Assembly (NCBI GenBank): GCA_951406725.2
Contig: OX597833.1
Coordinates: forward strand, 22,444,001 to 22,508,000
Source of the DNA: Octopus vulgaris
Taxonomy: Eukaryota
Direction: 5' to 3'
DNA: 64,000 nt
Made by a program: the position numbers and the translations under genes. The notes below the pieces were generated by a model. The model saw only the letters and a program-made list of their open reading frames with translations, was not told where the DNA came from and searched no databases. Positions 50,281 to 63,464 of the stretch are shown in pieces. Position 1 is the first letter of the stretch; each line of letters opens with the position of its first letter.

Positions 50281-50558
50281 GATGCCAGTGCCGCCTTGAC
50301 TGGCTTCTGTGCCGGTGGTACATAAAAAGCACCAACCGATCGTGGCCATTGCCAGCCTCCCTTGGCCCCTGTGCCGGTGGCATGTAAAAAGCACCCACTA
50401 CACTCACAGAATGGTTGGCGTTAGGAAGGGCATCCAGCTGTAGAAACACTGCCAGATCAGACTGGAGCCTGGTGCAGCCACCTGGCTTCCTAGACCCCAG
50501 TCGAACCGTCCAACACATGCTAGCATGGAAAACAGATGTTAAACGCTGAATATGATGA
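50281..50558 (+). mobile_element. Solo RTE 3' UTR fragment
   Basis: GCCGGTGGCATGTAAAAAGCACCCACTACAC...CATGCTAGCATGGAAAAC matches the RTE tails. Confidence 0.88.
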
Positions 50559-50574
50559 TATATATATATATACG

Positions 50575-50838
50575 TGGAGGTGCAATGGCCCAGTGGTTAG
50601 GGCAGCGGACTCGCGGTTGGAGGATCGCAGTTTTGATTCCCAGATCGGGCTTTGTGAGTGTTTATTGAGCGAAAACGCCTAAAGCTTCACGTGGCTCCGG
50701 CAGGGATCCCTGCTGTACTCCTTTGCCACAACTTTCTCTCACTCTTTCTTCTGTTAGCCAGCGGATAGCGTCATTTGAAGGCTAAAACAATGCGAAGCGA
50801 TGTGTAGCAACATCTGATAGCCTGGTCGGTCACGGTGA
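50575..50838 (+). mobile_element. tRNA-derived SINE, family C
   Basis: TGGCCCAGTGGTTAGG (A box) and GTTTTGATTCCC (B box-like) tRNA head, followed by a non-tRNA body, between TA tracts. Confidence 0.75.
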
Positions 50839-50857
50839 TATATATATATATATGTAG

Positions 50858-51147
50858 CAGTCCAGAAATATAGGACGAATGCTGCCATTGATTAGCTCCA
50901 AGAGGTCATCGCCTCTAGCTAGCTATTTGATACATGAACTTGTGTCCATTATAACCTTTGAACAGGGGAGGTCAGCTGCTTCCCTTTGCTGGTCAGGCAT
51001 CTGCAGACTAGTTTCAGGGTATTTGCCTGTTATCAATGCAGAGCAGCCGAACCCAGCAGGCGTCGCTACTGACCATCTGTTCGAAGGATTATTTATCTAA
51101 ATTCAGTGGAATACATCCACTGGTTTTCAAAAATAGAAATATTAATA
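50858..51147 (-). mobile_element. Dispersed copy of the hammerhead-containing ~351-bp repeat (ribozyme at 50996-51048)
   Basis: Reverse complement contains GGCTGCTCTGCATTGATAACAGGCAAATACCCTGAAACTAGTCTGCAGATGCC, identical to 37858-37910; flanked by TA tracts. Confidence 0.75.
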
Positions 51148-51175
51148 TATATATATGTATGTATGTATGTGTATA

Positions 51176-51340
51176 TGTCCCCCAACATCGCTTGACTTCC
51201 CCGTAACTTAGCAGTTCAGTAAAAGAGACTGATAGAATAAGTACTAGGCTTACAAAGAATAAGTCCTGGGGTCGAGTCCTTCGACTAAAGGCGGTGCTCC
51301 AGCATGGCCGCAGTGTAATGACTGAAACCGGTAAAAGAGT
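51176..51340 (+). mobile_element. Family B SINE 3' fragment
   Basis: GTCCCCCAACATCGCTTGAC...GAATAAGTCCTGGGGTCGA...AAAGGCGGTGCTCCAGCATGGCC. Confidence 0.8.
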
Positions 51341-51872
51341 ATACGCGTGTGTGTGTGTGTTGGTATGTGTGAAAGCTACATCAGTGGAAAAGATAAAAAA
51401 AAAAAGCAGGTGATTGATGACTAACCCTTTCTAGATCACTAGTAAAAACAGAAATCTTTCCCTTGCCCATCCTTACATTCTAAAAAAAAAAAGCCATGTG
51501 AGATAACTGTAGTCTTAGATGTATCTTAACCGTTTAGCGTTTAAACTGGCTGTATCCAGTCTAACTATTCTACCTGTTTGATGCTTAAACTGGCTAGATC
51601 TGGCCTCTCACTGTTTAATGTTTAAATTGGCTAGATCTGGCCCAACAATGTCATTCTAAATATAAACAATCAGATCTTTGAAATTTCAAAGTTACATAAC
51701 AATGTATAATTAATTCAAAACAAATGTAAATGGATAAGCAATACGTTTTGGCACAATATTCTGAAGGTTAAAAAATAGTTAAAATTTCACTGATCATAGG
51801 TAAGTACCACAGGTCTTAGGTTATCACAACCACCCCAACCATTAACTATAAATGACATTACCCCTATTACCT

Positions 51873-52102
51873 ATTTCTTTATTACCCACAAGGGGCTAAA
51901 CATAGAGGGAACAAACAAGGACAGACATAGGTATTAAGTCGATTACATCGATCCCAGTGCGTAACTGGTGCTTAATTTATCGACCCCCAAAGGATGAAAG
52001 GCAAAGTCGACCTCGGCGGAATTTGAACTCACAACGTAACGACAGACGAAATACGGCTACGCATTTCGCCCGGCGTGCTAACGTTTCTGCCAGCTCGCCG
52101 CC
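51873..52102 (-). mobile_element. tRNA-derived SINE, family A
   Basis: Reverse complement GGCGGCGAGCTGGCAGAAACGTTAGCACGCCGGGCGAAATG...GAGTTCAAATTCCGCCGAGGTCGAC; matches 29007-29215. Confidence 0.9.
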
Positions 52103-52498
52103 TATTACCAGCGACATCAACACAGTCATCACCACCACCGACGACAACAATAGCGATAACACAAATACCATCCCCACCAACACAACACCATCATTGACAA
52201 CTACGACGACACCAAAATAGTGGCGTCAACTACTGGAAGGAAACCAAATAGATGTTTTTAAATTTCATTATCTACCAAATAATTCTTTCTTTCCCTCCAT
52301 CGCTTAACTTCTACGGCGAGAAATATGACATACAAATGAAGGGAGATAATCATGTGTACTTCACTGTCGGTTTGCAATTTTAAAATGAAAGTTAAAAGTC
52401 CAGTGAGGTTACTTTTAACTAGCTTTACCATTTAAAAGAAAGAGACTTTACGAAGTTAAATCCTGTTTTAGTATCGATTGAAACGAGGGCTGACATCT

Positions 52499-53841
52499 GG
52501 TTTAAGCACTCCATTTAAACTTCTCATAACTTTTTTTTTTTTGGAATTTTCAGAAAATTTATGCGAATTTGTGTTCTATAGACGGGATTTCAAACGATAA
52601 GGCAAAAAAAAAAAAAGAATTTCAATTTTTCACCACCCCCATCTCATAAACCTTAAAATTTCTATTCTTTTTCGAGATTTTTTTCATTAAAGTTTTAAAA
52701 TACAGACAATCCGAATCTGCTATTTGTTTCTGTTTCTAATTTCAAAATAAGTTTCAGATGAAAAGGTGTTTGATATAAGGGAGAATTAGCTGTTAAAAAA
52801 AAAAAATAATAATGAAATTATTGTATACAGTGCTCAGGTGCACCACAACTTGTCAGAAAGTGCATATAAAGTACATGCAGTAATGTAAAAATGTCTGGAA
52901 AGCGAACAATGTATGAGTCAGATACATGCTTGTGTGTGTATGGAGGGGAGAAAATCAGGTGTAGTGTTGGCGAATCTCAGAAAGCATGGAAGTCTTGAAG
53001 GATGCAGTGCTCTGACAACTAACAACTGATGCCGGCAGTTTGTTGTTTTAACACATCTCCCGATCACCTTCTACCTGTCTCGTTTCTTTGTCACTGACAT
53101 GTATTGATGTTTTTCAATATTTTTCTCTCCATAAACACATCTAATGGAATTGTGATTTGCCCAAAGGTGGTCCATTGTTGAGATTTAAGTAAAAAAAACT
53201 TGTAATTTTTTGTAAGTAAAAAAAAACCCCAAAACATTTACAAACAGAAAAGAATGCTATTAAATTATCTTTCACATACCCTTTTTAAATCACTGTGGAT
53301 AAATCCCTGTTGTAACATCAGGCTCTCCTGTACCTATGTGATTGATACAGGTTAACTCCAATTCAAGCATTCATAAGGTTTTAGGGATGAACAAATTTTA
53401 ATTGAAAATTTTGTTTTTGTATAATCATGCGAGGTCCAGGGTATAGAACACAAATTTACAAAAAATTTCTGAAAATACTAAAATGTGAAAAGTTTTTGAC
53501 CAGTTATATGATGTGCTTTGATCAAGAATCCATAATAGGCTGTGTGCATGCATGAATATTTGTAACTTTTTGAATTTGAATTTCAAAAATTATTTTGAAA
53601 TTATAAACAGAATATACATGACAGATTTGGACTGACTGCATTTTAAACTCTGATTTAAAAAAAAAAGTTTGAGAAAGGGTGGAAGTTTTAGGATTTTAGG
53701 GGCTGAGGTTAAAAAAATTAATAAATTATTTGTTGCATAATCATATGAATTCCCATGTGCAGACCATGAATTCACAATAATTTTCTGAAAATTTCAAAAA
53801 AATATAAAAGATTATGAGTGGTTATATGGTGTGCTTAAACC
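52499..53841. mobile_element. Old inverted-repeat DNA element (~200-bp diverged arms) containing a LINE fragment
   Basis: GGTTTAAGCAC...GGAATTTTCAGAAAATT at 52499-52570 mirrors AATTTTCTGAAAATT...GTGCTTAAACC at 53779-53841; a further partial arm copy lies at ~53440-53530. Confidence 0.55.
52812..53045 (-). mobile_element. 3' end of a CR1/L2-group LINE
   Basis: Minus strand translates NKLPASVVSCQSTASFKTSMLSEIRQHYT*, matching the WNxLP...V...S...FK C-terminal signature, followed by a 3' UTR. Confidence 0.65.
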
Positions 53842-55899
53842 AAAATTCCACTGAAATGAGAATAAAACTTGAAGACAGAAAGTGAAAAACTGACACACAG
53901 GCAATGAAATTTACTTTGTTTCTGTGTGCATGTAATATGTGTGAGTGTGGGGAACTAGCTGGGTACAGATTATACTTATTTGTATGTACAAACATCATTG
54001 AAATATGATGTTTCTATAACATGCTTGCATTGAATTCGTTTGCTTCCTGTGCAGTTGCTCGTTACAGTTCATGCACTAGCATTTCTCATTACAGTTCATG
54101 CACTAGCATTTACCAAGTTCTACTACGTATAAACTACTAGTATTTCTCTTTTGTGTTTAAGACTTAAAGAGTAACCCAAATCTTTATCATATGTCATAAT
54201 GATGTTGCCATTGCAGATTTTAGTACTTTGTAGATGGGTTGTTGATATTTTAATTTGGCTGGATTTGCTACTTATTGTTACTCATATTAAAAGCAACCCC
54301 CATTTAAAATTTCTTGAGGAAACTATTTATTTATACTTAAACATTACAACTGCACAAAGAAGAAAGTGGAAATCTTTCTGGATTTTTAGACAAACAAAAT
54401 TTTTATTCTTTTCGGTTACAGAAAAACAAATACTGTCATTATTATAAATGACAAAATACCAAGAGAGTTTGAATGTTATTACTCTTGGTGTAAGTGTAAT
54501 AATAGCCGAAAAGTTCACTGCTGGTCATTGTGTTGCTGTTGCAAATTGTTCATTGTGGTTGTTGTCAGTTTAGGTCAGCATCTGTCTGCATCTGTTCATC
54601 ATCTGTCTGCTATCTTTTCTCTGCTGTCTCTCAATGCTCTCTCTGCATTGAGAGGTGCATCCCAAAGCTTTGTCAAGCAGTCCAGGTGTGTTGAATTTAT
54701 ACAGTTGGATAGTCTCAGAAGAAAGTGTGCCAAAAGATGAAATCATCACTGGATCCTATTCCATGTGAATTTGGGCTTAGTCAGATTTTGTTAATCATGT
54801 GGGTAATATTCTAGCTAATTGCAACATCAGGTGTAGTGCTGAACATTCCTGCTCCACAATGATTACCATTGTAACTTGCCAGAGGCTGTATCACTGATTA
54901 CCAGTTGTGAGTTACCTATGTATGCTAGTCAAGAATTAGATAGCTACATATTTGTGTTGGCAAGAGGCAGGAAAGTTCTGTGTTCATTGTTGACAAAATG
55001 ATTCTTTGTAACCCAAAGTTGAACAACCAACCAAGAATCCTGTTCATCTGCCTTCTTTGCAAACCACTGCATTAATTGTCCTGTGTTTCTACTTTTATGA
55101 CCACATTATGACAGGAAACTCATGACAATTTCTGTTTAAACTTATGTGATTGAATAATTACTGCTGAAATACTATTGGCTATCAATTAGACAGAATCACC
55201 TGATATGCTGTGGCCTATTTTTTGTTGCTGAGCTAATCCAGCTTCATTTCTAAGCTCTGCTACAAGTTCTTGACAATGGCTTTTGTCATGAGTAAAAACA
55301 GATTTGTAGTAGATGATACATTCCATGTTGTATTCCCCCTGCCAGCATTGGTAGAGTAAGACATCAATTAAGGTGTCATGGTTGGTTTGGTGGATTTAAA
55401 ATATTTTTGCATTGGAAATGAAGCAAAAAAAAATAAGTGTCATTACTATGAAAGTATATATCGAGTATATTACTGTTACCAGCTGAGGTGGTATGAAAAA
55501 AATCTGACATCACATATTCTATAATTAGTCCCATGTTCTCTCAGAAGTTCTTTTCAGATAGAACAGGGAAATTATTAGCAATATTTCTTTACTGTCTGGA
55601 ATGTTACAAGATGATTTTGTATTCTAATAAAACTTGGACAAAAAAAAGAGAAAGGAAAATGCCAAAAGTATAATCAGTCTCCTATGGGAAAAGTTTACAA
55701 ATAAAAGTATTTCAATCTTTCAACACATCTCATTGACTCCATGTTCAATGTTGTTGAAATTTCTCTGACTATGTATGACTGAATGTTGCTATATCTCTGA
55801 CTACATGCCACCAATAAAAAGTTATAACACTAAAATTTCAGTACTAGATGTAGTTAAAAATAAGTTTTGCTCAGGGTACCAAGTTCTACTACACATAAA

Positions 55900-56145
55900 A
55901 TAAGAGGTTTGTCTTACGGTGTCAACAATTGTATGGTTACAAAGAAAAATGACTAATCAAGAACCTGATCTAATTACACAGTATCTAAATAACATGATTC
56001 AAACTTTTTCTTGTTCAACTCTCATTTTGAAAAAATGTTGACTGATGTGCAAGAAGCAAATTTTTTTTCCACAGTTGATTTAAAGACTGGTTGCTGGCAG
56101 ATTGGAGAAGGTTCAAAGAGACTATGTGCAATAAATATACACAAT
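55900..56145 (+). pseudogene. Ty3/Gypsy-type LTR retrotransposon RT remnant
   Basis: FEKMLTDVQEANFFSTVDLKTGCWQIGEGSKRLCAINIH resembles the Gypsy RT block (A..FS.LDL..GYWQI...S..L..I.TH). Confidence 0.6.
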
Positions 56146-56849
56146 ACTGCTGAGCATTTCGCCTGGCATGCTAACATTTCTGCTAGCTCACTGCTTTAAT
56201 GAACTGGTGCATACTGTCAGCTACAATATATATCACCTTCGAAATCATGTGCAAAAGCGCTCTATTGTACAAGTCAGCTATTTAGAAGTCCTCAATTGTT
56301 TATCTGCCTACTGAAAGTAATCAGAAATATAAAAGGGCCCTTTACTGAAACATAAAAAAAAAAAACCTTGGATACATAAACTCCTAACGATGATACTGGA
56401 ACAACCAAGCATTCAAGGATACACTCAGGGAAGATCAGCTGCTATAAACTCAATCAGAGACCAACTTCAAGTCTGCAACAACAAAACTGAGAGAAAATAA
56501 ATTAAGGCAGTGCTCCAGCATGGCAGTGGCCTTCTGACTAAAACTATTAAAAGAATATAGAATAATGTTTTACTAAATACCTTAATTTCATTTACTTTTT
56601 CTTCTTTTTTTACTTACATATTGTAAAGTTAATTGTCTTCAGCATCATTATATAGAACAATTGAGTTGGAATATGAAGAAGTAAATTGTGAAAGTGTCTT
56701 GAGTAATGAAAATGATTGATCTGGTTTGGCTTCTCAAAATTTCAGAGAAGGAAATATTTCATAAGTTTGTTTAAATATGTGGTCAAGCATTGCATTGCCA
56801 TTTAATTTTCCTCCTTATTAGTGTTATTTTACATGAAGTAGTATTAATG

Positions 56850-57160
56850 ATATGCAGTGTTACCTGAGAAAATATTGATAATTTTTATAAGAAGTAGCCT
56901 GACCAATCACAAGTTTGAATTGTATCTCATCTTTTATTAATCTTTCTGTTACATTCACCAACTTAGTCCATCAGATACCTTTGTACAGCATATCTTTTGT
57001 CTTTTAAGCAGTTGATGATTATATTGCTATGCCAAGTAATACAAGGAAACACCTCTTTGTTTTACCTGGTTGATTAGACTTGGTCCTACTTTGCAAGATA
57101 TTTTCAGTATCTCAGAAATAATACCTGATGAACCAGCTGCCTTCCAATCTGCAATGAGAT
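56850..57160 (-). pseudogene. Highly decayed RTE RT fragment
   Basis: Minus-strand KAAGSSGIISEILKIS...LINQV and VTERLIKDEIQF align with KAPGPSGITAEMLKMS...IVNQV and VTERVI...DEMQF of the RTE at 44 kb. Confidence 0.6.
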
Positions 57161-57540
57161 AAAAAGAATTTTACTTCAGTAATATTAGAAGTAGGATTTG
57201 ATAAAAGCATGAATGTCACAACATCAGTTTGTCTTTCATCACTCACCCAGAAGTCAACAAAGCTAATCATGACATCACACATTTATATGTATTCATACAT
57301 CCCTGATGTAAGAATAGACAACAAGGAGGTGTTTGGCTTTGGGGTTTGCCTTGATTCATTTCTGCAGACAGCTTGTCTTTGTTACCAAATCCTGAATTCA
57401 GCTGATGACAAAACAAAGAAAAGCAAATATAAAGTCGTAGAATATTGTCAAAGAAAAAGAGTCAGCAGATTCAAAATTTAAAATAAAAGGGATAAGATCA
57501 AATAAAATAAGAATATTGGAAAAAAAAAAAAAAGAAAATT

Positions 57541-57695
57541 GCATGGTTGTGTGGTTAGAAGTTTGCTTCCCAACCACATAGTTCTGGGTTCAGTCCCACT
57601 GTGTAGCACTTTGGGTAAGTGTCTTCTACTTTAGCTTCAGGTTGACCAAAGCTTTGTGAATGGATTTGGTAGATGGAAACTGAAAGATGCTCATC

Positions 57696-57736
<41 letters not shown>

Positions 57737-57972
57737 CAAATGCATGTGTGTGTGTGTATGTGCATCTGAGTTTGTCCCCCATCACCACTTGACAACTGGT
57801 ATTGGTTTGTTTATGTTCCAGTAACTTAGCCGTTTGGGAAAAAGAGACCAATAGTCTAAGTATCAGGCTTTACGAAAAAGCAACAAGTACTGGAGTCAAT
57901 GAGTTCAACTAAAATCCTTCAAGGTAGTGCCCCAGCATGGTCACCGTCTAATGACTGAAACAAGTAAAAGAT
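57541..57972 (+). mobile_element. Family B SINE with internal (TG)n
   Basis: GCATGGTTGTGTGGTTAGAAGTTTGCTTCCC...GGGTTCAGTCCCACTG...CCCAGCATGG...GACTGAAACAAGTAAAAG. Confidence 0.88.
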
Positions 57973-58379
57973 AGAGAATAAAAGGTAAAGCTGGGAGATT
58001 GCTGATAGAAATTTCATAACAAACAAACATGGAGACAAAAACAAGGACTCTATTTTCATGATTCATAAAGTGTGTATGTGTATATGTAAAATTTGGATAA
58101 TTTGAGATCTAAAGTAGACCTTTTTAATAAACATGCAATTTTTGTCTCATTGTTAAGAATAAACAAAGCGGTTATGTCAGATGTTTTATCTCTGTGGACA
58201 GTATAAATTGGATTGATCTAATTAGGAGAGATAAAACAGCTGCTGGTGTAATCACTATAATTGTTTTATTACAGCGAGCTAAAATTATATCACACGTAGA
58301 AAGATATATTTTTCAATGCATAAATACTGATAGAACAGTATATATAGGATACCTTTATAGAGTAGAAAAATCTGTCAGC

Positions 58380-58450
58380 AACCAGCCATGAGAATCAAAC
58401 TCACATCTCTTTGACTTCCGGTCAAGTGCTTTACCATTAAGTTAAACTGC
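58380..58450 (-). pseudogene. Degenerate tRNA-like sequence (tRNA pseudogene or SINE head)
   Basis: Reverse complement GCAGTTTAACTTAATGGTAAAGCACTTGACCGGAAGTCAAAGAGATGTGAGTTTGATTCTCATGGCTGG has D-loop, anticodon-stem and T-loop remnants with mismatches. Confidence 0.45.
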
Positions 58451-58696
58451 TTTTCTGACAATTCTTCTGCAATTTAAGAACTTATAAAGTCATCCAGAAA
58501 TGCTAGATGTAATACAGATTATGACATATGTAAACATAACATAAGTTTGTTTTTGAAGCACTGAAATGTATATATATGTGTGTATATATATATGTGTGTG
58601 TGTATGTTTATATGTGTGTGTGTGTATATATATGTGTGTGTGTGTATGTTTTTTTAAGATAGTATGCTGTAAATTTCACACACTCACACACACTCA

Positions 58697-58762
<66 letters not shown>

Positions 58763-58763
<1 letters not shown>

Positions 58764-61255
58764 CTCTCTATATATAAAAGGCAGTTTGTCTGTCTGTGTG
58801 TCTGTCAGGTTGTACCCTCACCCTGACCATGACTTTCAACCGATTCTGATGAAACTTGACACACACATAGCCCAATGTCATAATTCAAAACTAACACAGC
58901 GAAAATTTTGAAAAGTTCTCCCAGTTCTGAAAACAATCGATAAATTCGACATGGGGTCGAGAATCTAAGCTTATCATATGCAACACATTTTCCGTTGTAG
59001 TTTTCGCAACTTGCAATCGATTTTCACCAAACTCATGGTGAAGCTTAATGTTACCCTAAGGAACTTAATTATGGCGTTAGTTTTCCATGCAATACCTTAT
59101 CATCAGAAAAAAATCGATAAAATCATGCCATTTTGGGAAATTCAAGATGACATATTTTCGACAATATCTTTAACAAATTGGCAGGAATTTTTTTTTGAAA
59201 TTCACAGCGAGCATCATGTCTGCTCCAAGGAGCTATATGGCCCTTTTTATTCCAATAGGATACGTTATTACTGGAAAAAATCGGTTAATTACATCATATG
59301 TGGCACACATAGCAAACTGATTTTTCTGCGATATTTTCTGAAAGTTCACATAGATTTTCCCTACACCAATGTTGGACATCAAGTTTGCATTAAATGTCAA
59401 ACTAACGACCTTTTGTCAATGCAGTTAACAAGTATTGGGAGAAATCGACAAAACCATATCACTTTGAGACCGACCATGCGAACCCTACAAAACTGACTTT
59501 TGTTAAATAGTTGGCGGATTTCAGGTGATTTAGTCGATTTTTGCCGCTTTTATCATAAAGGTTACAAGAAATGGCATATGTTTTCCTTTTGCTTCAAATC
59601 CGAGCAATGTTGGGCTGTAGATGTGTTTGCGGTTGTGTGCGCGCGTGTCCATGACACGATGATTGCAGCTCTTCCCATTGGCTCCCCAAACAGTGAACAA
59701 TGCTCTCAATTAAACACCCTTTGGCCAATCACATGCACTGACACACTCAGTTGTGTGTGTATAGTTTGTGAGTCCCACTTCTTTCTCTCAGTTCACACCC
59801 GCTCGCTTCACACGTTGGCCTACTTCTGCTAATTGCTGCTGCAGCCGCAAGTTATTCGAATACTTTTTTTGTTTAAACTTTCTTTATAACTACCAGCCCA
59901 AACGTTTTACCTTAAATTTTTGACGAACCCTAAGGGTCTCGGATGCTACTTGCAAATTCTTGGTTTATTATAAGCTGCTTTTGTCGTGTGCACCAAAAAG
60001 CCTTTTCCATTCGTTTGTTCAGTTTGGTCACTTTTCGCTTTTTCGTTGTTGTCACTCACATTGCTGCCCGCTTTTTTTCTGTTTTTGTACATTTTTATAC
60101 ATTTTGGGATACTTACCCCACGTGTTCCTTTTTATTACACCTTTGCCAAACACATTGCTATCAACCAAAATGCCACCCAAGAAGAGAAGGACCCTCCTCA
60201 GCCTTCGGACGGCCAAGGCATCGGCTGCTAGGGCTAGAAGGGCACGCGAGACCCACGAGGAAACCACCTTGCACCTCTCGCAAAAGGCTTCCCGTTCTGC
60301 CGCTGCTCAGGCATCTGAAACTACTAGCGACCGTTCTACCTGACTTGCAAGGGCCGCAGTGTACAGATCTTTCCTCTGCTCGAGGTTGACGAAAGAGCAA
60401 CAGTCCAGCCAAAACATGCGGGCTTCTTCCTGTGCTTCAATCTGCAGAGCTCGCGAGAACCCCGAACAAAGGGCCATTCGGAATGCGGCTAACGCCGCTA
60501 GCACCGCCAGGACACGATTTGTCAAAACCCCACAGCAGAAGAGAGCTCGCCAAGCTGCTGACGCCGCAAACACAGCCACGGCTCGATCTGCCAAAACACC
60601 TCAACAGAAGAGAGCTTGCCAAGCTGCTGACGCCGCAAACACAGCCATGGCCCGATCTGCCGAAACACCACAACAGAAGAGAGGTCACCAAGCTGTTTCA
60701 TGTTTTCGTCCAAAGGGACAGCTAGGAACGTCGTATACACAGAAGTATTGGAGTGAAGAGAAGATGTTGCAACCTACACATGTGCCTTTGTTCCCTAGAA
60801 GGAAAGGACTAGATCGGGATTAGTCGTTGCCTACTAGAGGCTCCTGAGCCCCTTTTCGCTAGACTTAAGTTAGGATTAGGTAGGGCTTAGCTGTGGTCTG
60901 AACCCAACTTGGGTTCGGGTGGGGTGTCAAAAGGGCCGGCATGTGCAACCTTATCACCTCTGCCTGTCAAACTCCTGACCCTGCCTGTCAAACTCCTGAC
61001 CCATGCGCTCCCATCGCGACACTGATCCCGCAGAACTGGGTTGGGTGTGCTAAACAAAACCAGAAAATGCACTTTGACTGTCATAGATTTTCTTCATGCA
61101 TGCAAGGGAACGTTGCCTTGAATGCCTTGATGCCTTTTAGGCTTCATTTTACAAAATAACGGTTCAATGAGTACAAAAAACGGTAAAAAGGTAAAGGGCA
61201 TTGCTTATCGACAAAGTTTCTTACATACCCGGGCAACGCCGGGCTATGTTGCTAG
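58763..61255 (+). mobile_element. Non-autonomous Helitron (~2.5 kb) retaining the 5' end of a RepHel-like ORF
   Basis: A|TC 5' start; 3' GC-rich hairpin CCCGGGCAACGCCGGG, then CTAG|T; both ends shared with the copy at 62190-62989. Confidence 0.88.
60170..60690 (+). pseudogene. Truncated Helitron ORF N-terminus with tandem 23-aa STPR-like repeats
   Basis: MPPKKRR start, then six in-frame 23-aa units (ETHEE..., ETTSD..., LTKEQ..., ENPEQ..., KTPQQ... x2) and a partial ETPQQ; one TGA at 60341. Confidence 0.72.
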
Positions 61256-61395
61256 TATATGTATAAATATATATATTTATACATATATGCATAAATATAT
61301 ATATATGTGTATATATGTATATATATGTGTATATGAATATATGTATATATATATATATATGTATATGAATATATGTATATATATATATATATGTG

Positions 61396-61464
<69 letters not shown>

Positions 61465-61497
61465 ATGTGTGTGAGTGTGTGTGTGTGTGTGTGTATA
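61256..61497. repeat. (TA)n/(TG)n compound microsatellite (one of many in 27-64 kb)
   Basis: Read directly from the sequence. Confidence 0.95.
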
Positions 61498-61954
61498 CAG
61501 TAAAACACTGCCTGTTTATCCAGTGGTGGATCTGACTAGCGAGAATCTTTAGATTTGGTTTCGAATCTCAGCTCAGAAAAAGGAAGTGTTAGTCTTTACA
61601 CTACTCTACTTCTGGTGATCTGGCTTGATCTTGCCTGGGATTTGGAACCAGGTCTACCTGCGTGTTGCTTGTCAAAGCAAGGGGGAAATCCTCTCCACAC
61701 CAGATGATTGATGAGGAAACACTCAACTCCCTAGGACTTGTGCTGGTCAAGGAAAGGTCAGTCCTTTGTTTAGGGTTTGACCTACATTACCGACCATAAT
61801 CTATATAACAGAAACAATTTCCTATCTCTTCCTCTTTGGTGTCAGTCAGACCAAGGAGCAACACGGTCTTTTGTTTTTTCTCAGCTACAAGAAAGACGAT
61901 GCCACCTCTATCCTTTCTTCCTTTCTAGTCAGCACCATGCATTCCTTACTCTTT

Positions 61955-62008
<54 letters not shown>

Positions 62009-62189
62009 ATACATACATATATACCAGAGTAAGCATATAAATGTGAAACAAGATAGAAAAAAATGGTACTCAAATATCGGAGGTAGAGTAATATGCTTTA
62101 TTAATAAAGTATATATATATATATATATAAATATATGTATATATATATAGACATACATACATACATACATACATATACGTATGTATATA

Positions 62190-62989
62190 TATATATATAT
62201 AAACGGCAGTTTGTCTGTCTGTGTGTGTGTTTGTCAGGTTGTACCCTCACCCTGACCACGGCTTTCAACCGATTCTGATGAAACTTGACACACACATAGC
62301 CCAATGTCATAATTCAAAACTAACGCAGCGAACATTTTGAAAAGTTTCCCCAGTTCTGAAAAAAATCGATAAATTCGACATGGGGTCGAGAATCTAAGCT
62401 TTTTATATGCAACACATTTTCTGTTGTAGTTTTCGCAACTTGCAATCGATTTTCACCAAACTCATAGTGAAGCTTAATGTCACCCTAAGAAACATAATTC
62501 TGACGTTAGTTTTCCATGCAATACCTTACCATCAGGAAAAATCGATAAAATCATGCCATTTTGGGAAATCACGTTCAAATTCAAGATGACATATTTTCGA
62601 CAATATCTTTAACAAATTGGCAGGAATTTTTTTTTGAAATTCACAGCGAGCATCATGTCTGCTCCAAGTAGCTATATGGCCCTTTTTATTCCAATGGGAT
62701 ACTTTATTACTGGAAAAAATCGGTTAATTAAATCATATGTGACACACATAGCAAACCGATTTGTGTATTAAACACAAACGACAGACTGTCTAGGGGGACG
62801 CAACTCGACCTTTTTATCGCCCAAAGGGACAGCTAGGAACATCGTATACACAGAAGTATTCGAGTGAAGAGAAGACATTGCAACCTACACATGCGCCTTC
62901 ATTCCCTAGAGGGAAAGGACTGGATTGGGATTAGTCGTTGCCTACTAGGGGCTCTTACATACCTGGGCAACGCCGGGCTATGCTGCTAG
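62190..62989 (+). mobile_element. Shorter (~0.8 kb) Helitron of the same family
   Basis: First ~560 bp match 58770-59330; ends CCTGGGCAACGCCGGGCTATGCTGCTAG|T; lacks the ORF-bearing segment. Confidence 0.88.
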
Positions 62990-63410
62990 TATTTATATAT
63001 ATATATATATTGATAAAAATGGTAAGACAACAAAAGAAAGAAAGAGACCTTGATATTATGTAAATAGAGGAATTTATCTGTAAATGTAATATGTAATAAA
63101 TATATATGTGTGGGTGTACACACACACACACACACACACACTTAGCCAGTGAAAATACACGAAGAGCAGTCATGGTGAGATTAAAGTCCTAGATTACACA
63201 ATTTCTAATCTTTATATCTCATGTTGTGCTCCTGACCTGCATAGATAACTGTTTGTCTCACTTTTATTGACAATAAAAAATGGAAAAGTACAGGTTCAGT
63301 TATCTTTCATCATAGTAGAATGATAAACTGTAGAAGGGTCATGCAGTAAAAGAAACAACTGTATCTTTCATAAATGGAAATGGCTTTCTATCTCTTTCCC
63401 TCACCCCATC

Positions 63411-63462
<52 letters not shown>

Positions 63463-63464
63463 TT

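Noticed and set aside
58978-59496. 172-aa ORF in the Helitron 5' region
   Set aside because: The sister copy at 62407 is frameshifted in the same region, and the ORF has no recognisable domain.
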